A stretch of 64,000 nt of DNA from an uncultured Gammaproteobacteria bacterium (GTDB lineage: Bacteria > Patescibacteriota > Patescibacteriia > Magasanikbacterales > GWA2-37-8), in contig CAZXML010000003.1 of assembly GCA_964641245.1 (NCBI GenBank), positions 17,395 to 81,394 on the forward strand. The letters are read 5' to 3'. Each line of letters begins with the position of its first letter. Position 1 is the first letter of the stretch. Under the pieces are notes generated by a model. It saw only the letters and a list, made by a program, of their open reading frames with translations. It was not told where the DNA came from and made no database searches. A program made the translations under genes and the position numbers. This document shows positions 9,698-19,256 of the stretch, in pieces.

Positions 9698-11422
9698 TTA
9701 CATTTCTTCAACTGTGTCAATAGTAAGAAGACTTAAAGCATTCTCTAAAACATTTTTTACGGCTCCGGATAAATGCAACCTGGCAGAAATTAAATCTTTA
9801 CTTTCCGCGCTTAAAATACTATGCTTATTGTAAAAATTATTGAACTGCTGAGCCAGATCAAAACAATAGCGGGTAATCGCGGACGGATTATATTCGCGCA
9901 AAGCTTCGGATACCACTTCTTCATACCGCGCTAAAAATAATAACAATTGTTTTTCTTCCGGTTTATCCAGCAATTCATATTTACTATTTGCTATCTGCTT
10001 CTTGCTATTTGCTTTTTTCAATATACTGTTAATCCTCGCCACCACATACAAAATATACGGACCGGTGAATCCGTCAAAAGAAGTGGCTTCTTTAATATCA
10101 AAAGTTATATTTTTAGCCGCTTCGTGTTTTTGCATATCAAACTTTAAAGCGGCCATAGTAAGAATACGCGAGGTTTGTATTATTTTTTTCTCGCTCCATT
10201 CCGGATGTCTTTGCGCCGATTCCAATTTTAGTTTTTCATAAATTTCATCGCGCAAATCTTCATATAAAATTACGTTGCCCAAACGGGAAGACATTTTTCC
10301 TTCCTTAAGATTTACCAAACCGTAACCAATGTGCGTAAGCTTATTTTTAAAACCGATTATTTCCAAAATTTTGTACAGTTGTTTAAAATAATGATTCTGC
10401 TCCGTGGCGGTTACCACAATACTTTCGTCAACATTAAATTTTTTAAATTTGGCCACCGCTAACGGCAGGTCGCTGGTTAAATACAAACCCGCGCCGTTTG
10501 ATTTGCGCAGCATAGCCACATCCAGATCGAATTTATTCAAATCAATTATAATCGCCCCGCCTTCGCCAACTTCGGCTACTCCCCGCAATAATAGGTCGTC
10601 TGTCATCTTTTGCCCTTTTTCTTTTAAATCTTTTTCATAAAATATTGCCGCGTGTTTTACGCCCAGTTGTTTAAATATTTCCGCAAATTTTTCTATGCTC
10701 CACTCTCTGGTTTCCATAAACAAAGGCCACAAATCCGGGTCATGCTCTTCCATTTTTTTCTGAATCTCGGCTACTTCTTTGCCGAAATCAGGATTGTCTT
10801 TTACCTGCCCGCTGGCCTCGGCATAAATATCGCCCAGCCATTTTTGTTTATTGGCCGGCGGTTTTTCATTTTTATGAAATTTGAGCAACCCCCACAAACA
10901 TTTAGCCACATGATTGCCAAAGTCATTTAAATAATTTACCGGATAAACTTTGTATCCGCTTTTTTGATAAAGCTGAACCAATGTATTGCCGATGCAAACA
11001 TTGCGCAAATGTCCGATGTGAAATTCCTTGTGAGTGTTGTTGGACGGATACTCAATTAAAACCCTCTTGCCTTTACCGGATTTATTGTTACCGTATTTTT
11101 CTTTTTGTTTTTGTATTTCACTAATTATTGTTTTTGCTAATTCCCCACTATTTAATGTTATATTAACATATGGACCAACGCTATGAACTTTTTCTATAAA
11201 AGGTAGGCCCATTTTGTTATTTCCTAATAACCTAACCATATTTTCAGCCACCAGCACATTCCCATCAGCGAGCGCAGTTTTTAATTTTAGTTTAAAACAC
11301 GGTATTGCAATGTCGTAGCCATAAACATCCAGAATTTTTTTGTCTGGCTCTTTAAAAGTCACTTCACCCTCAACGCCGGCGGCAACCAAAAATTCCACAA
11401 TTTTCTTTTTTATTTCCCGCAT
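9698..11422 (-). CDS. argS: Arginine--tRNA ligase
   Basis: HIGHLRN, KMSSR, GPYILY, C-terminal EEM. Confidence 0.96.
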   Translation of the reverse strand: MREIKKKIVEFLVAAGVEGEVTFKEPDKKILDVYGYDIAIPCFKLKLKTALADGNVLVAENMVRLLGNNKMGLPFIEKVHSVGPYVNITLNSGELAKTIISEIQKQKEKYGNNKSGKGKRVLIEYPSNNTHKEFHIGHLRNVCIGNTLVQLYQKSGYKVYPVNYLNDFGNHVAKCLWGLLKFHKNEKPPANKQKWLGDIYAEASGQVKDNPDFGKEVAEIQKKMEEHDPDLWPLFMETREWSIEKFAEIFKQLGVKHAAIFYEKDLKEKGQKMTDDLLLRGVAEVGEGGAIIIDLNKFDLDVAMLRKSNGAGLYLTSDLPLAVAKFKKFNVDESIVVTATEQNHYFKQLYKILEIIGFKNKLTHIGYGLVNLKEGKMSSRLGNVILYEDLRDEIYEKLKLESAQRHPEWSEKKIIQTSRILTMAALKFDMQKHEAAKNITFDIKEATSFDGFTGPYILYVVARINSILKKANSKKQIANSKYELLDKPEEKQLLLFLARYEEVVSEALREYNPSAITRYCFDLAQQFNNFYNKHSILSAESKDLISARLHLSGAVKNVLENALSLLTIDTVEEM

Positions 11423-11424
11423 AA

Positions 11425-12813
11425 TTATTTTATTTTCACAAAAAAACGACTTCCTTTTTGTATCACATCTCCACTCTTAACTTTTTCATCAATTGTTTCT
11501 GCTTTTTTATCGTTAATTTTTACTCCGCCTTGGGCGATTACCTGCCGCGCCTCGGATTTACTTTTACAAATTTTTGCTTCTACCAGAACCGTGATTAAAT
11601 CCATGGTGCTTGGCTTGAGTTCGATAATATCGTGTGGTTTTTCTTTCTGTTGAAATACAGTGTGAAAATGGTCAGCACCTTTACTCGCCCCGTTTTTGCC
11701 GTGATATATTGAAGTAATTGCAAACGCTAGATCCATTTTTATATCGCGTGGATTCTTCCCTTTATTTAATTCGGCTTCATATTTTTTTATTTCTTCTAAC
11801 GGTACATCTGTTGTTAGCTCAAAATATTTAGTAATCAAACTATCAGGTAGACTCATTATCTTGCCATACATATCCACAGGAGAATCAGTTATCGCTATAT
11901 AATTATCAAGGCTCTTGCTCATTTTTTCTTTACCATCCAAACCTTCAAGCAGTTTGAATGATAAAACCGCCTGACGTTCTTCTTCACCACAGATTTTCAT
12001 AACGTCTCTTCCAATAAGCATATTAAAAGTTTGGTCTGTTCCCCCCACCTCTAAATCACAACTCCCGTATATCCTCGCTAATACATGAGAGTCAATTCCT
12101 TGAAGAACAGGATACATCATTTCGTGCATATATAATTGATCCCCATTCTTAATTCGCTCTTGAAACATGTCACGTTCAAGTAAACGTGCGTGGGTAATTT
12201 GCCTCAGCACTGCCAAAAAAGTCCGTAATGATACCCCGTAAATTCTTCCTGATTCTATTTTTCCCATCATTCTTGTTTCCTCCCATTTAACTGTCTTTGC
12301 CATATAAGTATCTGGGGGTAGCGATATATGTTGATTACCATTAGTATATGGCACAGGAGCGCCACCTTGTACCAATATATCCCCCATGGAAATAAACCAA
12401 TCGGAATTACTAATCCAAGAAAAAACGTTCGAATTTTCTTTTCCTGTTAATAAAATTTTATCAATTTGATCTAAATAGGATTGCATGTTCTTTTCAACTT
12501 CTGCTTGTGCAATCTCGGGTCTCACCTTGCTCTTACCTGTAGGATCGCCTATTTGTGCTGTAAAATCACCGATCAAAAAAACTACCTTGCACCCCAACTC
12601 TTGCAATTGTCTAAGTTTACGGAATACGACCGCATGCCCTAAATGAATATCCGGACGTGTTGGGTCAACTCCAAATTTAATAATAATATCCTTATCGTAT
12701 TTTCCTTCTTGTTTTTTAACAAGTTTAGCTTTAAAACTACCTTCTGGGTCAATAAATTCACCCACTCCTCTTGTCAATATTTCTTCTATTTTTTTTAGAT
12801 CTACTTTAGGCAT
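11425..12813 (-). CDS. tyrS: Tyrosine--tRNA ligase
   Basis: GVDPT-HLGH, GGTDQ, KMSKS, C-terminal S4 domain. Confidence 0.96.
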   Translation of the reverse strand: MPKVDLKKIEEILTRGVGEFIDPEGSFKAKLVKKQEGKYDKDIIIKFGVDPTRPDIHLGHAVVFRKLRQLQELGCKVVFLIGDFTAQIGDPTGKSKVRPEIAQAEVEKNMQSYLDQIDKILLTGKENSNVFSWISNSDWFISMGDILVQGGAPVPYTNGNQHISLPPDTYMAKTVKWEETRMMGKIESGRIYGVSLRTFLAVLRQITHARLLERDMFQERIKNGDQLYMHEMMYPVLQGIDSHVLARIYGSCDLEVGGTDQTFNMLIGRDVMKICGEEERQAVLSFKLLEGLDGKEKMSKSLDNYIAITDSPVDMYGKIMSLPDSLITKYFELTTDVPLEEIKKYEAELNKGKNPRDIKMDLAFAITSIYHGKNGASKGADHFHTVFQQKEKPHDIIELKPSTMDLITVLVEAKICKSKSEARQVIAQGGVKINDKKAETIDEKVKSGDVIQKGSRFFVKIK

Positions 12814-12818
12814 ATTTA

Positions 12819-15440
12819 TTATAATTTATTAAGTTGCTCTTCTAATTTTGCTCGTTTTAATTTAGCTTCGCTTAATTTGTCCTTTTCTTTATCAATAATT
12901 TCATTGGGCGCATTTTTGACAAATTCTGTGTTGGCCAGTTTATTTTCCAAACTGAAAATATATTTTTTTAATTCCTGAATTTCTTTTTCCAGTCTAGATT
13001 TTTCTTTAACCGCATCTACCGCACCATCCATGTATAAGGAAATCTCAGCGCCGGATTTTACAAATTCTAATTTTTCTAATCTGGCCAAAGATTTAATAAT
13101 TTCTTCATTTTCTTTCAACAATTTTTCTTTACTACCAGCATTGATATACGCACCAATTTTTTTTGCGGGTTCAATTTTAAACTCAGCCCGCAGGGAACGA
13201 ATGCCTGCTATCACATTTCTTACATTATCAAACGCTGTCTTTCCTGTCGCGGATGTTGTTTTGATACCACCAAACTCCTCATGCTTAATTCCAGGCCAGT
13301 CTTGCACCATTAACATATGTTTCACCCCATACACTTCTTGCCATATTGTTTCTGTAACAAACGGCATAAACGGATGCCAAAGTTTTAAAATTGTGTTTAG
13401 TGTATAATTTAGGATCTCAGACTTTTCGCCCTCAACTTTAGCGGCCTCTAAATACCAGTCCGCCAAATCTCCCCATGTAAAATCGCGCAGCTGCTCACCG
13501 GCCATAGAAAAATTAAATGTTTCAACTTGTTCTCTAACCTTATTTTTGACAGCGCGCAAACGATTGAGTATCCACTCATCCGCCAAGGTTTTTGCTCTTG
13601 GTTCGGCAACATCCATTTTCGGATTTTCAATATTGAGCAACATAAACCGGGAAATATTCCAAAGTTTATTGGTAAAATTTCTAAAGCCGGCGATTTTTTC
13701 TTCAGATAATTTCATATCATTTCCGGGAGTGTTCCCCAGCAACAAAGACAAACGCGTGGCATCGGTACCGTATTTGGCAATCATATCCAGCGGATCTATT
13801 ACATTACCGAGTGACTTACTCATTTTTCTGCCCTGCTCATCCCGCACCAGGCCGTGCAAATATACTGTCTTAAACGGAATATCGCCCAAAACATAAGTGG
13901 TCATGAGTATCATTCTGGCCACCCAGAAAAATAAAATATCATAGCCAGTTTCCATTACCGAAGTAGGGTGATAATTTTTTAAATCATCAGCTTTCAAATC
14001 CGGATATCCCAATGTGGAAAATGTCCACAGTCCGGAAGAAAACCAGGTATCCAAAGTATCTTGGTCTTGTTGCCAGCCTTCTTCTTTTGGCGGATTAACA
14101 TCAACAAAAATTTCATCGCCTTTGTACCAAACCGGGATCTGATGCCCATACCAAATCTGACGACTAATGCACCAGTCGCGCAAATTATCTATCCAGTGAA
14201 AATAGGTTTTTTCAAAATGATCGGGAATAATTTTAATCTGACCGTCTTTATTTCCAACAGACTTCTGCATCAATTGTTTTAATGATTTTTTACCACGGCT
14301 TTTAATGGGCTTGTTTACATCTATGAACCATTGTTTGGATGGCAATGGTTCAATCGGCGTATCACAACGATAACAAACGGACAAATTGTTCTGTACTTCC
14401 TCTTCCTTCTCCATTAAATTATTCGCCTTTAAATATTCAACTACTTTCCGGCGCGCCTCCTTAACACTTAACCCAACGAAATTCTTACCTGCCTCCGCCG
14501 TAATTTTTCCGTCTTCACCAATAACTTTTATTACTGGAAGTTTATTTTTCTGCGCCATTTCGTAGTCCACCAAACTGTGCGCCGGAGTAACACCGAGCGC
14601 GCCAGTACCAAAATTCATATCCACTTCCGCGCTGGCGATAATTTTAATTTTTAAATCCGGTCCATTGGCAAAACTTTTAACTGTGATTGTTTTACCAATA
14701 AATTTTTTATACCGTTTATCTTTCGGGTTAACCGCCACGGCCGTATCGCCCAGCTTTGTTTCCGGACGGGTGGTGGAAATAGCGACGGGAAAATCTTTGT
14801 CGTATTTAAAAGTGTAAAGTTTTGCCATCTGTTCTTTATAAACAACCTCATCGTCGGCCAGAGTGGAAAGACAATGCGGACACCAGTTCACAATCCGGGA
14901 GCCGCGATAAATTAATCCGTCATCATACATTTTTTTAAATACCGTACGCACGGCCAGATTTCTTGGTTCGTCCAAAGTAAACGCTTCGCGCGACCAATCC
15001 AAAGACGCGCCCATTTTGCGGGATTGATTAACTATGATGTCATGAGATTCTTGCGCGAACTTTTTCACTTCGTCTAAAAATTTTTCCTTACCCAATTCCT
15101 GACGGGGATTTTTGGCGCCTTTACCTATCAACAACTTCTCTACTTTTGCCTGCGTGGCAATGGCGGCGTGATCTGTGCCCGGAACCCACAACGTTCGGTC
15201 GCCTTTCATGCGGTGATAGCGTACCATTACATCCTGAATAGCCAACATAGCCGCGTGCCCCATATGCAAGGTACCGGTAACATTTGGTGGTGGCAAAACG
15301 ATGGAAAAATGCTCTGCTTTTGCCTTGGTGACGCCTTTGGAAACACAAACATCAGGATTAAATAATCCTGATTCTTCCCATTTTTTATAAATTGCGTCTT
15401 CGTAATTTTTCGGCTCGTAAGCCTTGGACAGTTCTTTCAT
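12819..15440 (-). CDS. valS: Valine--tRNA ligase
   Basis: PPPNVTGTLHMGH, DWCISRQ, KMSKS, C-terminal coiled coil. Confidence 0.98.
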   Translation of the reverse strand: MKELSKAYEPKNYEDAIYKKWEESGLFNPDVCVSKGVTKAKAEHFSIVLPPPNVTGTLHMGHAAMLAIQDVMVRYHRMKGDRTLWVPGTDHAAIATQAKVEKLLIGKGAKNPRQELGKEKFLDEVKKFAQESHDIIVNQSRKMGASLDWSREAFTLDEPRNLAVRTVFKKMYDDGLIYRGSRIVNWCPHCLSTLADDEVVYKEQMAKLYTFKYDKDFPVAISTTRPETKLGDTAVAVNPKDKRYKKFIGKTITVKSFANGPDLKIKIIASAEVDMNFGTGALGVTPAHSLVDYEMAQKNKLPVIKVIGEDGKITAEAGKNFVGLSVKEARRKVVEYLKANNLMEKEEEVQNNLSVCYRCDTPIEPLPSKQWFIDVNKPIKSRGKKSLKQLMQKSVGNKDGQIKIIPDHFEKTYFHWIDNLRDWCISRQIWYGHQIPVWYKGDEIFVDVNPPKEEGWQQDQDTLDTWFSSGLWTFSTLGYPDLKADDLKNYHPTSVMETGYDILFFWVARMILMTTYVLGDIPFKTVYLHGLVRDEQGRKMSKSLGNVIDPLDMIAKYGTDATRLSLLLGNTPGNDMKLSEEKIAGFRNFTNKLWNISRFMLLNIENPKMDVAEPRAKTLADEWILNRLRAVKNKVREQVETFNFSMAGEQLRDFTWGDLADWYLEAAKVEGEKSEILNYTLNTILKLWHPFMPFVTETIWQEVYGVKHMLMVQDWPGIKHEEFGGIKTTSATGKTAFDNVRNVIAGIRSLRAEFKIEPAKKIGAYINAGSKEKLLKENEEIIKSLARLEKLEFVKSGAEISLYMDGAVDAVKEKSRLEKEIQELKKYIFSLENKLANTEFVKNAPNEIIDKEKDKLSEAKLKRAKLEEQLNKL

Positions 15441-15454
15441 GCTACACTTTAAGT

Positions 15455-15538
15455 TGTCATCCTGAACGCAGTGAAAGATCCCTGTCAGTCATTGTTTGGT
15501 CAATCGGGGAGAGATTCTTCGCTATGCTCAGAATGACA
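15455..15538. repeat. Family A doublet
   Basis: TGTCATCCTGAACGCAGTGAAAGATC...GAGATTCTTCGCTATGCTCAGAATGACA. Confidence 0.92.
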
Positions 15539-15625
15539 ATTACGAGAACTTAACACTACCTCGTATGGCTTATATTGTACTGAAATAAGGCAAAAAAATC
15601 AAACGTATTCCTTGTTTATCAACAG

Positions 15626-15654
15626 TTGACAATATACGACAGGGCTGATATGAT
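15626..15654 (+). promoter_or_regulatory. Sigma70-type promoter
   Basis: TTGACA-17-TATGAT with extended TG. Confidence 0.7.
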
Positions 15655-15691
15655 GAACTGTTCTACGAATTTATCGGAACACAGCCAAATT

Positions 15692-16834
15692 ATGTCCCTT
15701 AACGAAACTCAACAACTTAACCAGCTTTTGGAGAAAAGCCGCCATATTCTATTGGTTCTAAACTCCACCCAGAATGCTGACTCTATTTGCGGAGCCGTGG
15801 CCTGGAAAAAATGGTTGGAAAAACAAAATAAACAGGTTGACATTATTGCCGATAATTTTGTCCTACCCAAAAATTTACGGTTTATTAACGGTGTGGAGGA
15901 AATTCAACCGCAGATTTCTCATCTGCAAAAATTTATCGTACGGGTGGATGTTACCAATATAAAAATTGATACTTTAAGTTATGACATCAAAAACAATTGG
16001 CTGTCCATTTATTTAACTCCCAAACAGGGAATTATTACCAAAAATGAACTTCGTACCGCCCAATCAACCTTAAAATACGATTTGATTATTACCATAAACG
16101 CTCAAGACCTGGAATCGTTGGGAAAGATTTTTTTCAATAATACGGATTTATTTTATAAAGTTCCCGTCATTAATTTTGACAATCACCCGGGCAACGAACA
16201 TTTTGGCCAGGTAAATTTTGTGGAACTGAACGCGACTTCGGTTTCGGAAATTATTTTTAAAACTCTAACCCAGCTGGCCGCGCCTCATATTGACGCCGAT
16301 ATTGCCACCGCCTTGCTGGCCGGAATGATAAGCCAAACCCAAAGTTTTAAAACTACCAATGTCACTCCCCACACGCTCAACACCGCCAGCCAACTGATGA
16401 ACCTGGGCGCGGACAGGGAAAAAATTGTTAAACATCTCTTTAGAACAAAATCAATTTCATCTTTAAAAATTTGGGGCGAAGCTTTAACCCACATGGAAAG
16501 CGATCCAAACCTGGGGCTGGTGTGGACCACCATTACCCGCGAAGATTTTGCCCGCGCCGGAGCCACCGAAGACGAACTTAAAGAATTGATAGACGAACTG
16601 GTAAATAATTCACCGGAAGCAAAGCTGATTCTGTTGTTGTACGAAAACACTAAAGGAGAAAATAAAGTGCACGGCTTTCTTTCCGTAGATAAACAGCGCG
16701 ACGCCAAAATGCTTCTGCAATCATTCCAACCCGAGGGAAACAAAAAAACCGCCTCGTTTACGATGGTTAATAAAACAATCAAAGAAGTTGAACTGGAAGT
16801 AGTGGAAAAAATTAAAAAGATGCTGGGCGCCTAA
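15692..16834 (+). CDS. DHH-family phosphoesterase-like protein (NrnA-like), degenerate motifs
   Basis: NADS, INFDNH, ATALLAG-T-SF; start placed downstream of the promoter. Confidence 0.8.
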   Translation: MSLNETQQLNQLLEKSRHILLVLNSTQNADSICGAVAWKKWLEKQNKQVDIIADNFVLPKNLRFINGVEEIQPQISHLQKFIVRVDVTNIKIDTLSYDIKNNWLSIYLTPKQGIITKNELRTAQSTLKYDLIITINAQDLESLGKIFFNNTDLFYKVPVINFDNHPGNEHFGQVNFVELNATSVSEIIFKTLTQLAAPHIDADIATALLAGMISQTQSFKTTNVTPHTLNTASQLMNLGADREKIVKHLFRTKSISSLKIWGEALTHMESDPNLGLVWTTITREDFARAGATEDELKELIDELVNNSPEAKLILLLYENTKGENKVHGFLSVDKQRDAKMLLQSFQPEGNKKTASFTMVNKTIKEVELEVVEKIKKMLGA

Positions 16835-16844
16835 AAACAAAACG

Positions 16845-16870
16845 CCCGCCCCACACAAGTGTGGGGCGGG
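16845..16870. terminator. GC-rich perfect hairpin (terminator and/or DGR-type cruciform)
   Basis: CCCGCCCCACAC-AA-GTGTGGGGCGGG. Confidence 0.7.
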
Positions 16871-16928
16871 ACGACCGAAGGGACCGAGTGACCGCGGAAA
16901 AGTTCCGAGGTACCAAGGATCCCATGGC

Positions 16929-17342
16929 TTACTTGATACGAGCGAAATAGGCACGGCTGTTGAAGCCGTTGACAAGCCAGTAGAAACGCGGGATCAAGCG
17001 ATTGCCGAGCCAGGAGAGGCCCGGGACGCGGAGGCCACCGCTAGGGACGGACAGAATAGTACGGGGTAGGAGAATGTACTTCTTGCCCCGCAACTTGGCG
17101 GGGATCTCTTCCTGATGCTCCAGCAAGTATTTGCTGTCGCGGAGGCCGAAGTTGGCCTTGAGCTTGACAGCTCGCCGGCACATGCTCTCGCCATCGATGG
17201 GCTCCTCACCCTCCTCTAGGACGGAGATGAACTCCAAGTCCTTGATCTGGAACTTCGTGGGCTCGACATCCGACAGCACACCACCGCTTCGTATCACCTG
17301 CTCGTGGAACTCGGTCAACTGCTCAAACATCGGTGTCGCCAT
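16929..17342 (-). CDS. Hypothetical protein with DGR variable-repeat-like C-terminus (SD-led)
   Basis: AAGGAG 8 nt before ATG 17342; GC-rich; ends RVPGLSWLGNRLIPRFYWLVNGFNSRAYFAR. Confidence 0.6.
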   Translation of the reverse strand: MATPMFEQLTEFHEQVIRSGGVLSDVEPTKFQIKDLEFISVLEEGEEPIDGESMCRRAVKLKANFGLRDSKYLLEHQEEIPAKLRGKKYILLPRTILSVPSGGLRVPGLSWLGNRLIPRFYWLVNGFNSRAYFARIK

Positions 17343-17498
17343 TGTCATTGCTCCTTGGCAGCCATTGGAATCCTTACAAATATATCCGACATAATTGCCG
17401 AACATACCGAAGGTTGTCCAAATAGACACCGTCTTAGCTAGGAACCATTCCCAGCCTTCTTTGGGATTTATCTATATACTTATTGAAAAGAACACCAA

Positions 17499-17527
17499 AG
17501 TATACCACAAAATAGGGGCTTTGTCAA
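17499..17527 (-). promoter_or_regulatory. Sigma70-type promoter
   Basis: TTGACA-17-TATACT with extended TG. Confidence 0.75.
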
Positions 17528-17562
17528 ATATCGATACTAAAAAGATTAAAATTGATTTTAGG

Positions 17563-19179
17563 CTAAATCAATGCCTGTCCCGTCATATCTTCCGGTTGCG
17601 GAACACCCAGTAATTTTAAAACAGTTGGCGCCACGTCTGCCAATACCCCTACCGGATGCATTAAACTCAAATCCCCTTCCGGCGCGTCTCCAGCCGGGCC
17701 GGCTTGTCCCATAAACTCTTTGCCGATAACAATAAGAGGCACCGGATTGGTGGAATGTTCTTTGTCTATGGCGCCAGTCTGCAAATTAGTCATTTCTTCC
17801 GCGTTGCCATGATCGGCGGTAATCACCACCACTCCGTTTTGCGCCAAAGTATGATCCACAATTTCTCCCAAACATTTGTCGGTGACTTCACAGGCTTTAA
17901 TACCCGCTTGCAAATCCCCGGTATGAGCGACCATATCCGCGTTGGCCAGATTTAAAACCACAAAATCATATTTGGCGCTGTCAATCATTTTGCTTACTTC
18001 TTTGGTAATTTCTATCGCGGACATTTCCGGTTTTTGATCGTAACTGGAAACTTTTGCCGAAGGAATCATTAATCTGTCTTCTCCGGCAAACGGATTCTCT
18101 ACCGTGCCGTTTAAAAAGAAAGTAACGTGGGCGTATTTTTCCGTTTCGGCCACATGCATTTGCTTTAAACCGGCTTTACTGATTACTTCCGCCAAACTGT
18201 TGTGTACCACTATCGGCGCGTAAGCCACCACCGCCGGCAGTTCTTTTTCGTACTCGGTCATGGTGACGAAAAATAAATCTTTTTGATATTCTTTGGTGAA
18301 TTTATTAAAGGAAGGAACCACAAATGCCTGGGTTAATTCCCGCGCGCGGTCCGGTCTGAAGTTAAAAAATATCACCGCGTCATTATTATCTATGGTGGCC
18401 ACCGGTTTATCCTTGGAAGTTATAACCGTGGGAATAAATTCTTCATCGTAATTTTTTTGCGCGTAAGCTTCATCTATTACTTTAATGGGGTCTTCGGCAT
18501 ACCGATCGGCTTTGCCTTCAGCCATAGCGCGGTAGGCTTTTTCGCATCTGTCCCAACGGTTGTCGCGGTCCATGGCATAATAGCGCCCGGATAGAGTGGC
18601 GATTTTTCCCACTTTTAATTCGGACATTTTACCCTGCAGTTCCTGAACAAATTCTTTTCCGGAATTATACAGAGCGTCGCGGCCGTCTAAAATAGCATGG
18701 ATAAATACATTCTTTGTTAATTTTTCTTTTTTACAAAGTTCCAGTAAAGCGTAAAGATGCGCATTGCTGGCATGCACATTTCCGGAACTGACCAAACCAA
18801 CCAAATGCAATTTTGGTTTAGCGAAACCATGCCGCGTACCGTCATTTGAAACGCGGCTTTCTTCTTTTACTTTGGCAATGGCCGATAAAAGCGCGGGGTT
18901 GGAAAAAAACGCCCCGCTTTCTATTTCCTGATTTATTCTTGGACAACTTTGATAATAAACCCGGCCGGCGCCGATGTTTAAATGACCCACTTCCGAGTTT
19001 CCCATCTCGCCAAACATTAACCCCACTTCACTGCCCGAAGCGTGGATAGTCATGGTGGGATAATTTTTTAGAAATTTTACAAAATTAGGCGTTTGCGCCT
19101 TGGTGATGGCGTTGCCGTCCGCGCCCGGAGCAACACCCCAGCCATCCATGATGATCAAAATAACTGGTTTATAATTCAT
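17563..19179 (-). CDS. gpmI: 2,3-BPG-independent phosphoglycerate mutase, copy 1
   Basis: DGWG, GNSEVGH, LDGRD, GRYYAMDRD, ETEKYAHVT, ADHGNAE; the upstream ATG at 19197 lies in a repeat. Confidence 0.96.
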   Translation of the reverse strand: MNYKPVILIIMDGWGVAPGADGNAITKAQTPNFVKFLKNYPTMTIHASGSEVGLMFGEMGNSEVGHLNIGAGRVYYQSCPRINQEIESGAFFSNPALLSAIAKVKEESRVSNDGTRHGFAKPKLHLVGLVSSGNVHASNAHLYALLELCKKEKLTKNVFIHAILDGRDALYNSGKEFVQELQGKMSELKVGKIATLSGRYYAMDRDNRWDRCEKAYRAMAEGKADRYAEDPIKVIDEAYAQKNYDEEFIPTVITSKDKPVATIDNNDAVIFFNFRPDRARELTQAFVVPSFNKFTKEYQKDLFFVTMTEYEKELPAVVAYAPIVVHNSLAEVISKAGLKQMHVAETEKYAHVTFFLNGTVENPFAGEDRLMIPSAKVSSYDQKPEMSAIEITKEVSKMIDSAKYDFVVLNLANADMVAHTGDLQAGIKACEVTDKCLGEIVDHTLAQNGVVVITADHGNAEEMTNLQTGAIDKEHSTNPVPLIVIGKEFMGQAGPAGDAPEGDLSLMHPVGVLADVAPTVLKLLGVPQPEDMTGQALI

Positions 19180-19191
19180 ACAATTTATAAT

Positions 19192-19250
19192 TGTCATGCT
19201 GAACTTGTTTCAGCATCTCTTGATAGATCCTGAAATGAATTCAGGATGAT
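19192..19250. repeat. Family A doublet
   Basis: TGTCATGCTGAACTTGTTTCAGCATCT...AGATCCTGAAATGAATTCAGGATGA. Confidence 0.92.
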
Positions 19251-19256
19251 GTTGAT

